The notes beneath the pieces are model-generated. The model did no database searches. It had not been told where the DNA came from and saw only the letters and a list, made by a program, of their open reading frames with translations. This document shows, piece after piece, positions 61,265-64,000 of a stretch of 64,000 bases of DNA (the stretch's first letter is position 1; the number at the start of each line of letters is the position of its first letter). This stretch comes from a virus. The stretch is from positions 1 through 64,000 of IMG/VR virus record IMGVR_UViG_3300027708_000051; one strand, 5' to 3'. Both the position numbers and the translations under genes were made by a program.

Positions 61265-63634
61265 ATGGATTTATTTAATCCCCCCATAGAATTTAATTAC
61301 ACAATAATGATAAAAGATTTAGATATCACAAGTTTTGATAATCCTTACCTACAGATTGTATGGGAGGATTATGCTGAAAACTTTACACAAGAAAAAATAA
61401 AGAGTGTTCGTCATTACTTCCAAAAGAAGTATAACACAACCAACGTCAACGTAATCACCAAGACAAAGGTTGCTGACGACACCACACATACCGTAGACAT
61501 CTCCTTTAACATCTTGGATGAGAACTATCAATTAGAACTAGTTCGTTCATTCTTGGAGTCAAAGGGGAATATGGAACACTACGATGATATCTACCAACTT
61601 AATAGTATTGTGGATAACAAATTGTTACAAACTCAAACTGATGCTGCTCCGTTTAAAAGATGGTATATCAAGAACATTGAGTTCTCAAACTTTTTATCCT
61701 ATGGTGAGAATCAAAAGATAGATTTTGAGAAGTGTGATGGGATTACGGTTGTAGAGTCAAACCCACCTAACTTTGGGGGTAAGACAGTTCTTACTGTGGA
61801 TTTACTTATGTTCTTATTCTTTAATGAGACGACCAAAACATCTAAAGCGGAGGAAATATTCAACAGGTTTACAGACAGAAACAAAGTTGCCGTAAAAGGT
61901 GAGATTACAATCGATGGTGAGGAGTATATTATATTGAGAAATATTGAGAGAAAGTTATCAAAGAAAAATGAATGGACGGTTAAGACCGAGTTGGACTTTT
62001 ATAAAAGATTGTCTGATGGTAGTTTGCAGAACTTCACCGGAGAACAACGAAGAGAGACCGAGGCGTTTATTAAAACGTCTATCGGAACCAAAGAGGACTT
62101 CTTAATGACAATCCTAACAACTGCCACCAACTTGGAAGAACTAATTGACGCCAAACCTACGGCGAGGGGTCAAGTTCTTTCAAGGTTTATGGGGTTAGAT
62201 TTCCTTAAACGTAAGGAAGAAGCCGCTAAAGAAATTTATAGTGACTTCTCCAAAGGAATGTTATCAAACATCTATAACTCTGAAGAACTTAAAACGGATA
62301 ACCAAACTAGTCAAGAAACAATTGATACCCTAACCGAAACTAATCTTACATTAGATACTCAATTGGAAGATGCTAAAGCAAGAATCCTTAAAGGACAAGA
62401 GTATCGTGATGGGTTGTTAAAATCCAAACACAACATTGATAATGAATTGGTGACGGTTTCTCCGGACAAAGTTCAGGAAGAGATTAATGGGTTGGACCTA
62501 CAAAAAGCCAAAGCTATTTCAGATAGAGATGGTGTTAAGGTTGTTGAACCATCTGAATTTTACCACGAGGACAAACACGATGAGGTGAAACAAGAGATTA
62601 AGGATTTGATAACTAAACAAGCGGAGAACAACGCTAAGATTAAAAGTATTGAAGAACTTAAGAGTTCGGTTGATGGTGGAATCAAATGTGAACACTGTGG
62701 TATTGAACTGATGAATGCGGCTATAACCAATGCAAAAATTGGTGAACTTGCAGGATTTATCACGCATAAAGAGGAATTATTGGGGTTAATGCGTGAATTA
62801 ACCAGCAAAGAAGAAAGTTTTGTTAATCTTAAAAAAGAGTTTGATGAGTATGAGAAAAACAAACTTATCAAAGAGAAATATGAATTAAGTGTTGAACGTT
62901 TCCAATTGATGATTGATGCGTTAAAAACCAAATTGGAAAGATACTCTGAAGTTCAGGATAAGATTATTGAAAACAATAAGACAGATGGGTTGTTGATTAA
63001 AGCGGGGATTAGAATTGATGAACTTGAAGGTGAGAAGAAAACTATTGAAACTAGTATCTCAAACAATAAGTTTACGATTACTAATCTAACTACCAAGATA
63101 ACTTCTAACTTGGAAACAATTAGAAAGATTGCTGAAGAAACGGAGAAAGAAAGAATCTATAAAATCTATTTGGAAATCTTTGGTAAGAATGGTGTAACCA
63201 AACTTATAATGAAAACAATGATGCCACTTATTAATAGTGAACTTCAAAGGTTATTGGAAGATAGTTGTCACTTTAGATTGGAGGTTAAGATTAATGATAA
63301 GAACGAGGTTGACTTCCTTATGATTGACAACAACACTCAAGTTGAGAAACCGATGTCTTCCGGTTCAGGATATGAAAGGTCAATAGCGTCACTAGCGTTA
63401 AGAGCGGTGTTGAGTAAGATATGTTCATTACCACGTGCAAATCTGGTGGTATTCGATGAGGTCTTTGGAAAAATATCAAACGATAATTTGGAAATGGTGT
63501 CAGAATTTTTTAGTAAAATTAAGGATTATTTTGAAAAAATATTTGTTATAACTCACAATCCATTAGTTACCAATTGGGCTGATAATGTGGTTAGAATCCG
63601 AAAAGAAGAAAATGTTAGCTATGTTTCACAATAA
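61265..63634 (+). CDS. SbcC/Rad50/gp46-like SMC ATPase with about 130-aa N-terminal extension
   Basis: IEFSNFLSYG, Walker A variant NPPNFGGKT, coiled coil with CEHC hook, signature SGSGYE, VVFDEVFG, ITHN. Confidence 0.85.
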   Translation: MDLFNPPIEFNYTIMIKDLDITSFDNPYLQIVWEDYAENFTQEKIKSVRHYFQKKYNTTNVNVITKTKVADDTTHTVDISFNILDENYQLELVRSFLESKGNMEHYDDIYQLNSIVDNKLLQTQTDAAPFKRWYIKNIEFSNFLSYGENQKIDFEKCDGITVVESNPPNFGGKTVLTVDLLMFLFFNETTKTSKAEEIFNRFTDRNKVAVKGEITIDGEEYIILRNIERKLSKKNEWTVKTELDFYKRLSDGSLQNFTGEQRRETEAFIKTSIGTKEDFLMTILTTATNLEELIDAKPTARGQVLSRFMGLDFLKRKEEAAKEIYSDFSKGMLSNIYNSEELKTDNQTSQETIDTLTETNLTLDTQLEDAKARILKGQEYRDGLLKSKHNIDNELVTVSPDKVQEEINGLDLQKAKAISDRDGVKVVEPSEFYHEDKHDEVKQEIKDLITKQAENNAKIKSIEELKSSVDGGIKCEHCGIELMNAAITNAKIGELAGFITHKEELLGLMRELTSKEESFVNLKKEFDEYEKNKLIKEKYELSVERFQLMIDALKTKLERYSEVQDKIIENNKTDGLLIKAGIRIDELEGEKKTIETSISNNKFTITNLTTKITSNLETIRKIAEETEKERIYKIYLEIFGKNGVTKLIMKTMMPLINSELQRLLEDSCHFRLEVKINDKNEVDFLMIDNNTQVEKPMSSGSGYERSIASLALRAVLSKICSLPRANLVVFDEVFGKISNDNLEMVSEFFSKIKDYFEKIFVITHNPLVTNWADNVVRIRKEENVSYVSQ

Positions 63635-63637
63635 AAG

Positions 63638-63668
63638 TTTGGGGAACATAATTTTTTTCGTATCTTTG
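63638..63668 (+). promoter_or_regulatory. Bacteroidota-type promoter TTTG-N19-TATCTTTG
   Basis: TTTG 63638-63641, 19-nt spacer, TATCTTTG 63661-63668. Confidence 0.75.
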
Positions 63669-63699
63669 TAACATAATATCTAATCTAAACGTATAACGT

Positions 63700-63999
63700 A
63701 TGAAGGACTTAACCAAATACATTTTATTTGTCTTTACAAAAAACGACAACCCAAAAGAATTTACAGAACAAATTGCAGAAGAATTATGTGTTATTTCTGA
63801 CACACCAAATCTTAATTTTTATTTTGGACCAGAATCATCTGTGTTCACAATCTCAACATTGGATTCCCACGAGGATGTGAAAGACTATATTGATATGATT
63901 TTAGGAGTTGGGGATATTATGTATGTCTTACTACCTTATACTTCTGACAATTTGTCATACGGTTTACCTAAAAAAATATCCGAACATCTTTTTAATGAT
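63700..63999 (+). CDS. 3'-truncated hypothetical protein
   Basis: MKDLTKYILFVFTKNDNPKEF... open to the window end, downstream of the promoter; absent from the ORF track. Confidence 0.65.
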   Translation, partial: MKDLTKYILFVFTKNDNPKEFTEQIAEELCVISDTPNLNFYFGPESSVFTISTLDSHEDVKDYIDMILGVGDIMYVLLPYTSDNLSYGLPKKISEHLFND

Positions 64000-64000
64000 G

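Noticed and set aside
1227-63803. Short ORFs overlapping long genes (e.g. 1227-1463, 11253-11495, 36628-36825, 46322-46651, 62560-62931, 63615-63803)
   Set aside because: Antisense or off-frame shadows of well-supported genes, with no motifs of their own
1-64000. Giant eukaryotic virus origin (eukaryote-like RNR, HNH family, Cys-rich proteins) or a chromosomal contractile injection system
   Set aside because: gp25, gp6 and gp53-like baseplate genes together with gp32, UvsX, DnaB-like helicase, TOPRIM primase, operon structure and bacterial promoters and terminators indicate a tailed phage
1-64000. Stop-codon reassignment as in some large Bacteroidota phages
   Set aside because: Code 11 gives near-complete coding density; TAG and TGA terminate intact genes (e.g. 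11607, 13095, 20268, 55523)
1-64000. tRNA, rRNA, integrase or transposase genes
   Set aside because: Intergenic gaps are short and AT-rich with no cloverleaf seen, and no recombinase or transposase motifs were found

Overview
AT-rich (roughly 30% GC by eye), densely coding 64-kb segment of a large contractile-tailed (myovirus-like, probably jumbo) dsDNA phage using the standard genetic code. The host is most likely Bacteroidota: two perfect TTTG-N19-TAnnTTTG promoters, A-rich leaders without Shine-Dalgarno sites, SprB-type repeats and a Bacteroidota/eukaryote-type class Ia RNR. Layout: (1) 1-8.9 kb baseplate LysM/gp53-like and giant hub-like genes; (2) 9-17.9 kb replication block (gp32-like SSB, UvsX/RecA, HNH, 5'-3' exonuclease, DnaB-like helicase, nrdB, nrdA); (3) 17.9-38 kb baseplate/virion operon (gp25, gp6, an inserted membrane alpha/beta hydrolase, a 1768-aa protein with a transmembrane bundle, a gp7-like protein, a SprB-repeat/PT-linker/PEBP fusion); (4) 38-53.6 kb minus-strand operon of Cys-rich, Pro/Thr-linker modular fibre/adhesin proteins (SprB, beta-helix, C1q-like, propeller-like, LRR) ending in RuvC; (5) 53.7-64 kb RHH+HNH cassette, primase, PD-(D/E)XK nuclease, a short SbcD and an N-terminally extended SbcC separated by nine small genes. 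Most notable: the modular adhesin system with shared Cys-containing domains, the PEBP tip domain, a phage-specific TATTTAT(A) promoter often 3-4 nt from the ATG, an apparently re-split SbcCD, and apparent GATC avoidance. All protein calls come from motif recognition by eye; no database searches were run.
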